In this document: positions 36,937-51,681 of the stretch, piece after piece
How positions within the stretch are numbered: position 1 is the stretch's first letter
Layout of the letters: each line of letters opens with the position of its first letter
NCBI RefSeq assembly: GCF_040938485.1
Contig: NW_027271051.1
Span: 1,488,001 to 1,552,000, forward strand
Reading direction: 5' to 3'
Length of the DNA: 64,000 bases
DNA from: Diadema antillarum
Taxonomy: Eukaryota
Program-made: the position numbers and the translations under genes
The notes under the pieces: generated by a model
Told to the model about the DNA's origin: nothing
Database searches by the model: none
Seen by the model: the letters and a program-made list of their open reading frames with translations, nothing else

Positions 36937-39900
36937 TAATTATAACCGGGAAAATATACGCGCTGAAGGGATGAGGCAGCGTCCCAAAAAAGAACTCGTT
37001 TTCATATCATCCAAATTTGTCTTTTAATTTCACTTTCACTCCATTTTCAAATTAACTTATAAGGAAGAGAATCAATATAAACGATTATTAAAAAAAATAT
37101 ATAAATTTCATTAAAATCCTACACATAATATTAAAGAAAGACATAATATCATTATATAATATTATATTGCTTCAACGGATTTCATGTCTTTCATGTTATC
37201 CAATTATAGTTGCAACCACAATGTTTATAAAATGAGGAGTATATATTCACTAACTTTTTTTTTTTAATTGGAAAAGATAATTATGAAATCGAATAGACAA
37301 CTTGTTTATCATTCGCATCAGAATTATTGTTGTGTCAGCGAGGTGTAGCAACGTACAACACCGATAACTTTCAATGAGAAGGGGTTGCTGAATTGCTGAA
37401 TAAATTGACCAAAAACATGATTTCTATAACATTATGAGTAAAAACCAGAATGGGCGGCGAGTCATGAAAAAGTGTGATGACACCTTCGTCTCATCGAATG
37501 TTCAAACGTTAAGTATAGTTGCAATCGATCATTGTAACCTGAAACTGTGTAAACCTTCGCAGTGTTAATTAGTATGTCCGATGTTTATTAAATCTTAAAA
37601 TATCCTATTTTGTATAAATTTGCATTATTTGTGCATAATGTCCACTTAGACTTAATTTTGTACTCTTTCCCGCCTTATGAAGTGATTTTATAATTAACTC
37701 TACTGAATCCTAACTTATTCGGCACTCAGATAAGATTGACTGACAATATTATTATAATGTGACAGTATAGTGGACACTTATGTACAATGCACAGGATAGC
37801 ATGAAGAGGGATTTTCCCTTGCAGTCAAAACAAACTTAAACAACTTTTGTATGTACTGAATGGCAATGAGAATCGGTTTCATTCAATCTGGACGAAAGCC
37901 AGGGCACTTCTCCCAGGAAATGTGGCGTACTGTCATTATAAGAATGCATGGAAACGTTGCGGATCGGGCCTTGAAAATAATCATAAGTCGACATCAGCGA
38001 GGTCTTTATATGAGCATAAATACACAGAATGATTTTACAACTAATACTTATATCACTTCACTTGTCTTTAAATTGTGAAAAGTATGCTCCTCTATATAAT
38101 TGTATTTAGAATTTTATTCAGCTGGTATTAGGCAATTAAAGTTAACCCTTATGCTCATTAACTTTCTGCGTCTTGTTTATGTTTTTTCTTCCAAAGCTTG
38201 CCATCTCCATCTCTCTCTGTATATATGATTATATACATCTCTCTCTATCTATAGCTCTAGCCTTTCTTGTCCTTTTTATGTCTTTTTGATCTGTTCGGAG
38301 AGTCGTATACGAGAGTCCCCACTCTGCAAGTCTATTCTTAGAAGCGGGGAAAACCAATCCGATCTTACAGTCATGTTATACTAGTACTCGAAGAAAAGAG
38401 AGACGATGGAACAAAAACGCACCGACACAATGCACGATGTATATTGTATTCATTCTCTGCCGAGACCTTGCCAGAACCTGCTCCACTTCGCGAGTGGACC
38501 CAGCGCCATATTCATTAAACACATACATATCTGTATACACTTATATGTACAACACGTTCCCATTTCCCCCTCTCTCATCACGTTGCTACGCGACGGAGCT
38601 CATTATGACCAGACAGAGTTAATTTATGCACGCTTTGACATTTCAGAAGTTCGACGCTATAGTATTGCCGAGCGCGCGCAAACGAGTGCGACCCTCCCGT
38701 CGTCCGGGCCTGCCTGCGTAATTATTTATCAGTTTTAATGAACTGGACGCGGTCCAAACGGAAGTGTCACTCTTAGCTTTTACATATTAATATGGATAAC
38801 GCGCTGGGACGTGGATCCATTTTGTTCTTCACCAGCGAATAATCCAATGTCATACTACTCCTGCGAAAAGGAAAAGTCGGAACAGATCTGTTTCAACGAT
38901 ACCTCGCAGTAGCAAGCACACCACTCCAAGCTCTGGATATACCATCAATATGCTCCAGTAAACAATATCAGACTCTCATGAATATTGTCTTTTGAATAGT
39001 CTTGTCTCCCATTGATTGACATGATGTAAATGCACCTTAACCCATGGCGTACGGAAATTCGATGGGTCCGGTTCTCATTTTACTGGAGATTTTTAGGATC
39101 TCGTGTAACGGACATGTTTATGACGGCCAGTAATATTGGTGTGCTAGTAACTTATCATGATCTCCTATAGTTTCTCTAGCAATCATAAGGTTTTTACACC
39201 CCTGTACATACATTTTGTCAGTTATTTATTTATTCAATTCAATTCAATTCATTTATTTTCATTCTTCTTTTTTTCTTTCAACAAAAACATAACACAAGAT
39301 AAATCAGGTATTACATCATAAACAAAAAACACTTGCCTTTGCAATAAATAATGATATCGATAAACATAAGAGCGCATACTGGCAAAAAAAAAAATAATAC
39401 AAAGTCATGCTTCAGTTGAAAAAAAAAGGAAGAAAGAATAGAGAGGTCCACTCATAAAACTATATGCATTACTTATTTTACAAACACTTGTGACAAATAT
39501 GACATACGACAGGACGGGACAAAACAGAAGAAACACAACAACATTTATCAAAACCATAAAAAGCGAAAGTCATGAATATCACGTAGTCGGTTTTTATTTT
39601 TAGCATTCCTCCCCGTCACCCTCATTTTCTAAACTTCAGAATGCTTTTTGTGTTTTTTTTTCTTTTTCACCTTATCAATGGTAATATCCAAAAGTTTCAT
39701 TATCATATCTTGAAATTTTGACATATAATAATGTACTTATATCTTATGTATAAAAAAATGTATTTACAAGTGTTGTTGGAGATGGAAAACTGAATGAATG
39801 AATGAATGAATTCCGTTAGGCATTTTGTTAACGTGTTACTGAGGCAGTCAATATAGACTATAATGTCTACCTTATTATAAGACTTGTGCTTGCGTTTTAT

Positions 39901-39994
39901 CACACACACACACACACACACACATATATTATATATATATATATTCATATATATATGTATATATAATATCTCTCATATATACATATTTATCATA

Positions 39995-40981
39995 CACTCA
40001 GCAAAAAAATAAAAAGAAAGTAAACCCTTTTTTCGAGTTCAAATTTTCATAGAAGATTTTGTTGAAAATCAATATAATATCAAAGGTAATGTAATTGGCT
40101 AAATTGACCAAGTAGGTCAATGTAAAGGGATATTTCACGCAAGAGTGAACACAATAGTTTTTGTCCTCCAAGGCACAAAAATAAAAATTGCAAAAATCTA
40201 CATGTTCTCTTTTATTTGCAAATGCCCTTCAAGATAACAATGATAACAAAAGACAAGTTTAACACAATAAGAGACATGAATGAAATAGCAAAAATAGGTT
40301 TTCTTACTCTTTTTCTCTTTATAACCTGAAAAAAAAATCACAGTGGGAAACTAATTGGGGAAAATACGAATTTTCTGTCAACTCAAACTTCAAATGACTT
40401 ATGGAGTAAGGGCACGATGATGATTAAATGAACAGAATATTCTTATTTCATTCTTTAATTTAATAATCTAAGAGTTCATGATTCAAATTAAAGAACCATT
40501 ATCTATGATTTTCCTAATTTGAGCAATCAATTCATATTCCAACCATTTTTGCTAATACTGCTTCCTCTTTGATTTCATTTGAATTTGGATTTGACAGAAG
40601 ATTCTTCATTTTCCTCCATCATTTTTAGACTTTATTGATCTTTTGGGCTTAAAAGATATTATAAAGATCAAAGCTTTATTTTTGCAACCTAATTCTAAGT
40701 TTTTTATTGTGTTGGATTTGTCGTTTGTTCTAATGTTACATGGAAGAGCACTTACGCATGAATGGCCACTTGTTCATTTTTGCAATTTTTAATTTTGTGC
40801 CTTGGGAGAGAAAAACAAAGGTGTTCACTAATGCGTAAGCTTCCCTTTTTATTGACCTACAGGGGTGATAGCCAATTATACCTTTCATATTTAAAGTACA
40901 TTAACTTTTAGCCAAATATTCTATGAGAAATATAAACTTGAAAACGTGTTTACTTTCCTCTTTTTTTTTGTTTGCTGAGTG
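39995..40981. mobile_element. Tc1/mariner-like MITE with TA TSD
   Basis: TA|CACTCAGCAAAAAAA ... TTTGTTTGCTGAGTG|TA, with about 200-250 bp imperfect inverted arms. Confidence 0.75.
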
Positions 40982-42489
40982 TACATATATTCATTAATAT
41001 GCATCTGGGAAGCTTCATAACAATAACAGGAAGACATTGCATTATATAGACCTTGAGCATTTTCAAAACTGTCAAAATTAAAAACATGTTTAGTTATCAT
41101 AATTTCTTTATAACTAAATACGTTTAGTGTTGGCAAATAAGTTTAATATAGGTTTTAATACTGCGGCATATTCATCAGTTTCCTATCAACGAATTTAAAG
41201 CTTTATTTTATTTGTAAAGTAAACATTTTAAGTTATATCATCATCATTATTAGTATCTATAACTATCTATAACTATGAATTATCATGAATTTTCTTATTT
41301 AAGAAATAAAGTAAATAAGTGGAAAAAACTTAAATGACGATAACCATGATGACAATAATAACAAAGATTTTAATGACCAGGATAACAATGACATTATCAA
41401 TGTTAATAAGAACTTGCCTTTGTATAACAACAGCATAAACTATCAAATGAATCATGAAAACGAAATATGATGCTCATGTTTTTAAAACAAAACGAGAGAA
41501 ATCCTCTTTCTTTTCGAGTTGACTCGAGAAAATAATGAAGTTAGACTTTAAAAAAAGAATTACAGTGAACTTCATTTGCTATGAAGCTAGAGTAATTACA
41601 CATCACCTTAAATTCCATTTTTATGTTACTGTGTATGAAAGTGGAAAATCCAAAGATGTATAATAGATCAGCGAAACTTTTTTCCAAAAAAAAACCAACA
41701 AAAATCGGACACACGAAAAAATTCATGAAGTGCTGAATAGTGATATAAAAGACGAAAAGGCAACTCTGTGTGATGTAGGTGTTGATCAACTTTCCATTTC
41801 TTTTGTATACAAAAATTCACCAATATTCACTTTTCTCCTGATAAAAATATTCTTCACACATAATCATGCTTGTTATCGTAAAAGAGTTAACACATATTTG
41901 CATGTCCTCCTCAACATGTTCTGTCTGTACCCAAATATTTGAGAAAGATGAAAGTAAGTGAAATTTTATGTACAAAACAAATGGAGAGCTATTCAAGACC
42001 TATAAACCTTTATACGTAGTTGGACACTTGTTTCTCTCTAAAATTTTACGATTCATAACTTTTAATGGGTCCGATTTTTCCCTCAAATCTTCACTGATTT
42101 ACTTTCCTGATTTTCAGGGTTTTTTTAAAAAAAAAAAAAAACAACGACAACAACACCAAAGTACCAATATATCAGGATGGATTTCCTCTTTAAGTTCGCT
42201 TCAATGGATACAGAAAAAAGAAGTTTAAAAATGGTATTCATAATAAGTTTCATAACAATCGGACCTTACCCGTGAATAAGAAAGTATAATGGAATCTAAT
42301 CATGTTTTCACAAAATACATATAAATCAGTGATATCAGTCATCATAATTATCTCGGAAATCTTTCAAGTGGGTCCACGCATGCTGGGAGACTAAATTTGT
42401 GAGGATGACTAATTTCGCACATTAATGACAAAGGCAGCATAAATTTTAACAGTTTTAAGTATCAATTAATGAATAAATAAATTACTTGA

Positions 42490-42548
42490 TTTATTATTAT
42501 TATCATTATTATTATTATCATTATCATTATCATCATCATCATTATCAT
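42490..42548. repeat. (ATT/ATC)n microsatellite
   Basis: Seen directly. Confidence 0.9.
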
Positions 42549-44479
42549 TTAGTGCGATGCGAATGGTCAAGGGTGAATGATCTCCCTCTTCATTGGGAAA
42601 AAAATCTGGGCGGAATCCTCATTCAGAAAGCCAAAGTCGTTGGTTCCTCTGGATTTCTTCTTTCATTCTCTTCTGCCCCTAAATGTTGAGCTCGCAAAAT
42701 ATTATCACTGCCATTGAAAACGTGTGAAAATATTCCTTGCTTTCATTGCCCATTTTCGGTCCAGTCTTTATCATCGAACTTCTGTGGTTCTCTGTGCTGA
42801 TATCACTCTGCGTTCAAAAAGGCCATCTTACTGAACTTGGTGTTCAATTGCACTGGTTTCTGTCATAACAACACTGAGAATGATACTTTGTTAGACATTA
42901 ATTTAGCCAAAGGATTTGCATCTAAAGAGAAATAATCTCCTGATATAACATTCCGAGTTCTTGTCTCGACAAAATTGAAAACAGCACATATTAGTGCTCA
43001 CTGATTGATTGCTATAACTGACCATCCTATGTACATGCGTACATGATCCCTGATGATATTATAGGTTCTAGCGTTTCGATGTACAAATTGTAAGATTTCG
43101 TGTCCCTTTTTGCTGCTTGCATCACAGTAATATGCGTTGCCAATTTGAACACGGTCAGGTCTTCGAGCTCAGGTAAAAACCCTCTGCATGGTCGCGCGAT
43201 GGTCGCATGTTAGTACTAGGTATAGTATAGTATTTCTCACAGTCACATAATCAAGATCATGAAAATGACCGAGGGTAAGATTGCGTGATGTCGAGGGTCG
43301 TATAGTGACAGCTTCATCATACAGTCTTGTCAATTACTCAAGTGTCGAGATTCTTGTTCTGACACCATGAATGTCATGCGGTTCGATTGATGCCCACAGT
43401 ATCCGGAGCAAAGAGGAAGTAACCAACGCAACTACAGTTTGGCGCTCTTTCCAGGCAAGTTTCGGTTTACAGGAACTGTAAGTATACTCTTCGGAGAATA
43501 ATGATATTCACAGTTTCGACGCCCTGCGAATTGATATGCCCAAAGAAGATTTTAACAGTCAAGTATAGCATATAAAATGTCACTTCATTACAGGGTAAAT
43601 AAAAATCATGCTGCTCGCCGTGACTGGGACTAACTAGACACTATTGATGTGATGTTTATAGTAGCTTTCTCCAGGTTTCTCCGGAGACAAGATTGTGGTG
43701 CTTATTCGAAGATTTAATTTTTATTGTAGGCCTACAGATCATTATAATTTGTTTTGCCAGAAGTATGCCTAACAGCCCATTTCTTGAATCCTGATATCCC
43801 ATGTACAAGAGCCATCACAGGCTCCTAAATAATATAGCTTAGAACAGTATAACAGTGGCATGAATCAAAAGAAAAATTAAAGGACCATTAAGGGTATACG
43901 CGCCGTGGTATATTTTGGGTTGTATGAATATGTGTGGCTTCATTTTTGTCGCCGAAGGAAAATGAATATTAACGTAGTGTTTATGTTCATGTGATGATAA
44001 GCCCATATTACTCTGTTCAAAATGTAGTGATATGTAATAATCAATATGCTTACCATAACACAAAAGGAAGCAATGTTTCTCCAAGGCTCTTATTAGACCT
44101 TTGATAGTTTCGTTTTATAGGTTCGATATGTATCGTCACAGCGGTGTCACAGTCACAGTTCTGTATGCAATATGATGCCACTTTTTACAGCAGCAATACT
44201 AATAAAATATCTTATACAAACTCTGCTTCACTATAACAACAACAACAACAACAACACTGCTGCAGTCTAGACTTCGCAAATCGGATCAGAGTATAATAAC
44301 AGTACACAGACTGGTAGTATTGCGGAAATGATTATAAAATTAATTGAACCATAAATATTTGAGTCCTTTGCACATACTCAGACAGATATTCAGCGTTCAT
44401 CAGACGAAAATAGTTTAATTATTGAAACGAGACTTCTTCTCACCATTACAGGTTTGTTTTTATTTATAATTTCGTAGTA

Positions 44480-45311
44480 AAATCGCCGAATCTTGAACGT
44501 AGCGTTGATACCCGCCTTCGAAAGTGGCCAATCACGGACGTGATGAATAGACCGTCAATGGCGCAAGAGCTAAATATATCAATGATTGACACGAGACCAC
44601 AATAGCGAATCACGATTGGCTACCGGTGCATACCATTGACGAAAACCGCGCCTACCTAAGGTTAGGAGAATTGCAGGATCTGGAATATTTTTGCTCTTTT
44701 AAAGCAAATAAGTAGAGCTTGTTTCGACTTTATTATCTCTTTCTGTACTAGGTATATTATTTGAAATGTATTTATACAATAAATAGCTGTGAATTATTGT
44801 AATATTGATTATCTTTTGCATTGTATTACTCATAGAGTGATATTCTTTTTTTAGGTTGAGAAAGAATTCCACGCAGCTGTTGACACATTACAAAAGGCTC
44901 GCGCCATGCCAACTGTCAGCTGATTACCGTACGGATTGCAGCATTACTATCAAATATTCTTGGGCAATAATATAGGGCAATGTTTATTCTTATAAAATCT
45001 GATTTAGAACCAATTCTTATGTAATAAGCAGGATTGTGAGGTTTATTATATTTGTTTTAAGTAATAGATTACATCTCTTCAAATTACAACGTGGAAAATA
45101 TGGATTTTGCTTGGATGTTATGGTAGCGGAGGAGTTTCTACTACGCGGTTGACAGTCTCGCAGCTGACTCTGTGACCAGCTGTTTCCCGCCACAATACTG
45201 CACATTCACGCCGCACGCTTATTGACCACGCCGCATTTGTTGTGAAAAATACAGGAAAATCGGCACATAACTATCACTTCTAAAGGAGAAGCAGAAGAGC
45301 AATCGTGTGAT
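44480..45311 (+). promoter_or_regulatory. TFAP4 promoter / 5' UTR region
   Basis: CpG-rich patches, CCAAT at 44528 and ATTGG at 44615, four CAGCTG E-boxes (44874, 44917, 45161, 45177), directly upstream of the ATG at 45312. Confidence 0.6.
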
Positions 45312-45397
45312 ATGGAATACTATGCCATTAAGTCTGAAAAGGATAGCATTGCTGGGCCACTTCGCGTACCGAGCGAGATGATAAGCACATGTGGAAG
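45312..45397 (+). CDS. TFAP4: TFAP4 coding exon 1
   Basis: MEYYAIKSEKDSIAGPLRVPSEMISTCG, N-terminal MEY as in vertebrate AP-4. AG|gtgagt donor, phase 2 matching exon 2. Confidence 0.8.
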
Positions 45398-48300
45398 GTG
45401 AGTAATTTTCATCAATTGCGTTGTTTTGCCGGCGAGTGTTGTGTGTTGACTAGATTCTCGGTTCACCTCTCTCTCGCTCTCTCCCTCTGTCTAACCGTTC
45501 ATTGGGCATGTATAATTTTCGTGATTTCCAAACTATATAGAAAGTCAATGATCTATAGCTTGTAGTACTTTGAGTTCATAATTGTCTCTCAGTTCAATCA
45601 AATACTTCTGCCGAGTGTAAATCGGTAAAAAGGAGCTTCTTTTCACGTCGCTGAAATGTCTGGATCAGTGATCAGCCAGCTGTTGTGCGGCGGCATGGTC
45701 GCTCGCCACGTGGTTTCTCCCCAGTCTGAAAATATAGGATTTTACGTTTTTTCTTTTTTCAATATTCTCTGATAATCAGTCTCTGCCATTTATTTAGTAC
45801 TTCTTGTTGTATTTGAATATATGTGATGATGTTTAGGATCCATTTTGTAATTTTAAGCGATATTTTTGTCTGGGCATTTTCTGCCACACCGGCTTATCAA
45901 CAATCCAGCTCCACCTTTCTCGCGGCGAGGCGAGGCCAGCTGTCTCTTGACATGTCACTCAGACTTCTGAGACTTAATATTGCTCTTCTTTTTCCACTCT
46001 GTCGTCTCTTTAGTGCATTTTTACGTAGATCAATGATCGAACTCATGAGTAGTCCTTTTTTCAGGGCAGAGTAATAAGAGTTCTATTTTATACGAATATA
46101 TTTCTTCTGATATTTAAATGGCTTCGGGTTGTGCGTCGCACGTGTTTTGTTGTGGCCCAGCAGAGAGCCGCCCTTCCCTCTTCAGTGAACGGGGAAGCTT
46201 GCGTGGGTGGGTTTCATGCAAATGAGCCCCGCCAGTGCTGTGTGTACACACACATTTCCCATTCCTCGACGTGATAACATGCGTGCCTAGTCAAGAATCC
46301 ACTCCTCGTGAGTGTGAGTCGCGTCATCGGTTGTGTCTGGAAAATGACGACCGTGCCATTTTCTTTCTGGGAGCAGCACACTGTTGGGGAAAAAAAGTAG
46401 ATGATTAAAATACCTTTTCGCATACGCCACAGTTTTCTTTGTGATCATTATAACAATTGGGTAAAGGAGAATCCCGTACCATTGCTATGAAATCGAGATT
46501 AGTGCACGAAAACGTGTTAAAAATGTGGTATAAATGTCGCGCTGGCTGATTCATCCAAGTGCTGTGCTACACACGAAGAATGGACGCTACCGAGATGAAT
46601 ATATAACTAGGGTCTACGATAGTACACGAACAGCGTTTGAAAGATTATTCTCTTTCAACACAACATTCCCAGCCGACTATGTTTACATTCCTTCCTGTCC
46701 TGCTCACACCCGGACAAGAAAGCTATGTATGAGGAAGTTGATCGACAAGAAGTTGTAGGTGTGCGAAATAGGTGTTCGTACGGTTGTACATTGTAATTTG
46801 TAGATCTGCACAAACTCATCTGTAAATGAACTTCAAAGCTTCTTTTAAGTGACGAGTACAAGTTGGCCAAAATAGAAAAAAAAAAGAAGAAGAAGAAAGG
46901 AAGAAAAAGAGCAAACTAGGTTCTACAAATTTAAAAGTTGCATTTTTCCTTCTTTTTTTTTCAGTGATCGTAGGGAATTTCTACAGAACAGATATGGAAT
47001 TTGGAAACGAAGAATATTTGCTAATTTAGTGTCTGCTGTGTCAGCGAGGGCTGAAAGACCACTCGAGTTTCCAATGCCAGTAACATTAGCTAACAACAAA
47101 TGTAAACACAAAACTTGGCAGGGTAATATAGAGCATAAGATCCAAGTTTGTTTGTTTATTTTTTCCCCTTACCCACCAGAGACGAGCCTCCATTTTATGT
47201 ACATGTATCAAAAGAGGAACCTTTAGAAAAGAAGTGTGTGCCAAAACTTGACTAGAAAATGCTTTGTCATCATTTTTATTGGAAGAACATATCATGTGCT
47301 AAATGCCCAGTCAGTATTATGGGAAAAATTAGCTAAAGGCAATCATAGTTTTTAGGCCTATAAACAGACAATCTGTGCATGTAGCCAGTACTTTTCATCG
47401 TTTAAAGATATATTTTTAAAAAATGACAAGCAAATGCTGGTATTGTGTTAGCCTGTCTCAGTGAGCAGTTTTATTCTAGCTCCGGTTTTATCTTTATTCT
47501 ATTTAATTTTTTTTTTTTTTTTTTTTTTTTTTTTGACGGGGTGAGTGTCAGCTTTCCAGAAATATACAGGACTATTTATGATCACCTATTTCAGATCAAA
47601 CCCAAACTTTCAAAGTATGCCTGTGGTGCTCTGCAGTGCACCACCATTCTACAAGTCAGATTACAAAAGTGAGCATTAAATAGTTAACCCAGTCATATTA
47701 AATACAACACCTTTGAACAGGTGTAAATTGTAGTTGCATGCAATATCATGTCTGATTCATTTTGCAATGTGAAAGAAGAAACAAAGTTCCCTGTGTTTAT
47801 AAGTGTAGGCCTAGATAGTGTATCACCAAAATTGTACGTAAGCAGTCATTTTATATCTGCAATAAAACTGCATGTGGAAAAATTAGTTTTAAAAAAAAGA
47901 TATACTAATAACATATCAAGGTATGAGGAAAAGGAAACATGTGATTAGGCCAAAAAAAGAAGAAGAACGCAAACACAGACCAAAACAAAACTGAACAACT
48001 GTATCAAGTGCATTTGTGGGTGTGTTGCCGTACAACGCAAAACGAAACGAAACAAACTTGTCTGCGAATTGTGCAAATAGACAAGTCAGTTCCAGACAAA
48101 TCGAAGCTTGCAGCATGCTCAATGTGAAAGGCAGGAATGCACGAGTACTGTGCTGACTCCATCCCTGTGCGTGTAATATGAATGCATGTGTGTGTATGTG
48201 TGTGTAAATGTGTGTAGTTGAGAATTTTTCGAGGCAGCTGCTCAGATTTGGCTTCATGCCAAAAAGGGGCCTGGACTGTGGATTCTTCCATTGATGGTAG

Positions 48301-51300
48301 AGGGGTGTGTGTACCTTTTTCTCAAATCATGGGACCCAAAGGGCTGTAATCCAGCAGTTGTGTGTGAACAGCACTTGAGTAGATAATGTGAAAGGTCTAG
48401 TTTGTTCGGGTCAGTGGGCCCTGCAATGACCCCCACTTGTTAATCAGTTTTGATACCATGTTAGAAACTTATTAATCGATTACAATCAGGGAACATGAGT
48501 TTGAAAGAGGGGTGCAAGCTTTGGCAAACTTGTGAAATACCATCTGTCTAGTGCACTTTGCATTTGTAAACATTGTGTATGAGATGGAAGTCATGCATGC
48601 ACACTCGGTTTATTGGGCGCAATTCGACCCGTATGTGGGATAGCTGAGTCAACCAGAAAATTTCACAAGACACCGCCTTGTTATGTGGGAGAAAACTGCA
48701 GCATTCCCAGTTACACCTGTTTACTTATCTCTCTCTCTCTCTCAATATATAAAGGTCTAGTATGTTTTGTCTGTCCCCATTTGAAATTGCTGCTCACAGT
48801 AACACACCTTGTTGATTCATTCCTCCTGATAGTTTATAACCATGTGAATATCTGCCTAAAAGTGAAGAAGCCTGACTACCTGGTATTCAAAGCTTCCTTC
48901 ACCTTTGCGCCCCCCCCCCCCCCCCCCCCCGTACCATACATAGCCCTGTCGCTATACACAAGTGTTTCTGGTCGGGGGGGGGGGGGGGGGGGTAGAATCC
49001 CAATTGATAAAGATATAAGTCTAGTTTTCTATTCAAATCAAAATGCAAGCTGTACATGGCTTACATGTAGGAGTGGATATAGCCTGATAAGTAAATGAAC
49101 ATGTTATGCAAAGTACAGTATGATGCTTATTTGTTTCTTGTACATTACGTAACTAGTAGTATCTCATATACTCAGAAGCCCCTCCCCAAAATTCTGTCTC
49201 CCAACCCCCCCTCCCCATCTGATCATGTACATTGTCCGTCTCGCATCTCACCTTCCCATTTGCTCCAGCAAGGCGATGACAAGTGGAAGGGAAGTATTTA
49301 ATTAGGGTGACCCCAGCGACTGCAGCAACGTCACTGTGATTCACGTCCGATCGTGCACCCACACGATCGTTGGCAGTCGACTGTCAAAGTAGTGTCACCC
49401 ATGGTCTTGCTTGGCCGTTTTTGTGTTTACAGTTTGGAACAGTTTTACACACCGTGGATACTATGTAGTATGTTCTACTAAACTCAGATCCATGCAGGAA
49501 ACGTTTTCCAAGTAATGGCATACACCTACATTAAATCAGCACTTTGAGTACTTGGGGGGGGGGGGGGAGAAAAAGTTAAGATCATCTGAACCCCATATCA
49601 GAAAACAAAATGATGTGGACGAAAAAATGACGACACTTCCAACAAAGTGAGAGCTTGTTGTAGTCTAGAGACTTGTGCTGTAATTGTATCTCAGTGAATA
49701 GCTTGACTGATCCATTTACAAGTACAGGAGACTTGTTGGACCTTACAATAGTTTGTTGTATCTTCTTATTGGTATGTTTCAGCCTTAGACCAGTGCATTG
49801 TTGATCTTGTACATCAACTTGCCCAATAGGGAAAGCTCACTTGCCCAGTGTTAAAAGTGCATGACTTCCCAGAAGCTAGTCTTTAAAAAAAGATTGTAAA
49901 GCCACATACAAGGACTCTGTTATCTCCTACTGGTGTGAGGAACATTACCCAGACGGTTTTAAAAGATGCCACCGATTGAGGGGAGGGGAAAGAAAAACGG
50001 AATCGACCTTGCCCCATTCTTTAGATAGACCGAGAATGATGGAGAGAATGAGAGAAAGAAAAAAAGTGGGTGTGTGGGTGTGTGGGTGTGTGTGTGAGTT
50101 AGTGCCAACCCCTTCATTGTCTACTCAATCCTCCATTTGGCTGCAAAGTTGCAGTCCTTATTAAAGAGGTTTTTGTGGCCAGCAGAACAAAGGAAGGAAT
50201 TTCAGCAATTTGAAGGTGCCTTGTGCCTGGAAGCTTCTCTACTCAGGTGTGAAATCGACATAATGTGCATCTTCCTTTGAAAAGTACTACTGTATGAATG
50301 CTGTCTCTTTCTGTGTTGTTGTTGTTATTATTATTATCATCATTATTATCAGTAGTAGTAGTAGTAGTAGTAGTAGTATCATCATCATCATTATAATCAT
50401 TTATTAATGCTATAATTTTTTCTAATTTTGATTTTGATTTATTACTATTGTTATTGCCATTATTATTGATTCAAAGTACGTATTTGTTGTTATGAGTGTT
50501 GATGTTGAGAATAGTGGTTCTAAGAAGTTATTTAAAGGCAAAACTTTGGTGTCTGTACATTATCCAAATTGTAGTATTTTTATATCAACAGACATGTATT
50601 GCAACATTCATTTTTTTTTTAATGTGTCCCAGAAATCTAGTGTATTCATTCCACCTTTACAGATGACAGAAATTAGTACACTCCTCATTTCAGCTGATCT
50701 GACCATACAGAGCTCTGTAATTGTTCCAAGTCCCTTTCTGAACTGTACAGTAGCACCATAAAGAGAGTGATAAACCTGGAAGGTTGTCTAGCGGTGTTCA
50801 TTTTTATCACCCGCTCTGTGCCAAGGGCACAGGAAGCATTATTTCCTCAGATGTGGTAATCTGATTACTTGCAACCACTCTGGACTGGAGGTGTGTGCAA
50901 TATTTACCGTCAATGATAGGATCTCTGACTCTGTGTACGAAACCATCCGAGTTAGCTAACACCCCATCCCTATCACATGTGCTCAAATGAATATACACAC
51001 ACTCACACCAACACACACACAAACACTACTACCAACACCCACCTGTAGTTACCAATCATGACAAAATTGATTTTTTTTTTTTTTAATGAGCCAATGATAT
51101 TCATACAAATATTCTCCCAGTAACAGAGTATAGTATGAAGGATTCTTAATGTCATGGAGTAATAGCAGCCAGCCAAAGTACGAAAATAGACTGGTACAGC
51201 ATTCTTCCGTCATGAGCTGAATGGGCGATGGAAAATGTCAATGGAAGAATATCTCACAAGAACCCAGTAGTTCGCGCAAACCCTTGCTTTATGAGGAGAA

Positions 51301-51681
51301 GGTCACGACCTACACAAATATGGAATCATCGGGAGAAATGATTGATAAGCCACATCAGTATGATATTTTATGGTGGGCCAGACTAATTCTGGTTTTGATG
51401 CAGTGCCCTTTCGTGTTTTCGTATTTGTTGGATTACTACTACTTTTCTTTAGAGAGACCAACACAAAAGAAACAAACAAACATGCACACACACAAACAAG
51501 CCACACATGTCAGCACGTACACACACAGAAAAAAACAAAACAAAACAGCCCGAACCCCAAATATAGCCAAAGTGGGAAGTCATGAAATTTTTTGCTGATG
51601 CTTCTTCCCCCAGCATAAAGTAGGCCTGAGCTTTATAAACACTAACAGCGCCCTCGCCGTCTTTTCTCTGTGTTTCTCCAG

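Noticed and set aside
38680-38880. GC-rich structured stretch considered as an snRNA gene
   Set aside because: Does not match the U1, U2, U4, U5, U6, U11, U12 or U6atac sequences as I recall them; may be an enhancer or promoter (CGGAAGT) but this is unsupported.
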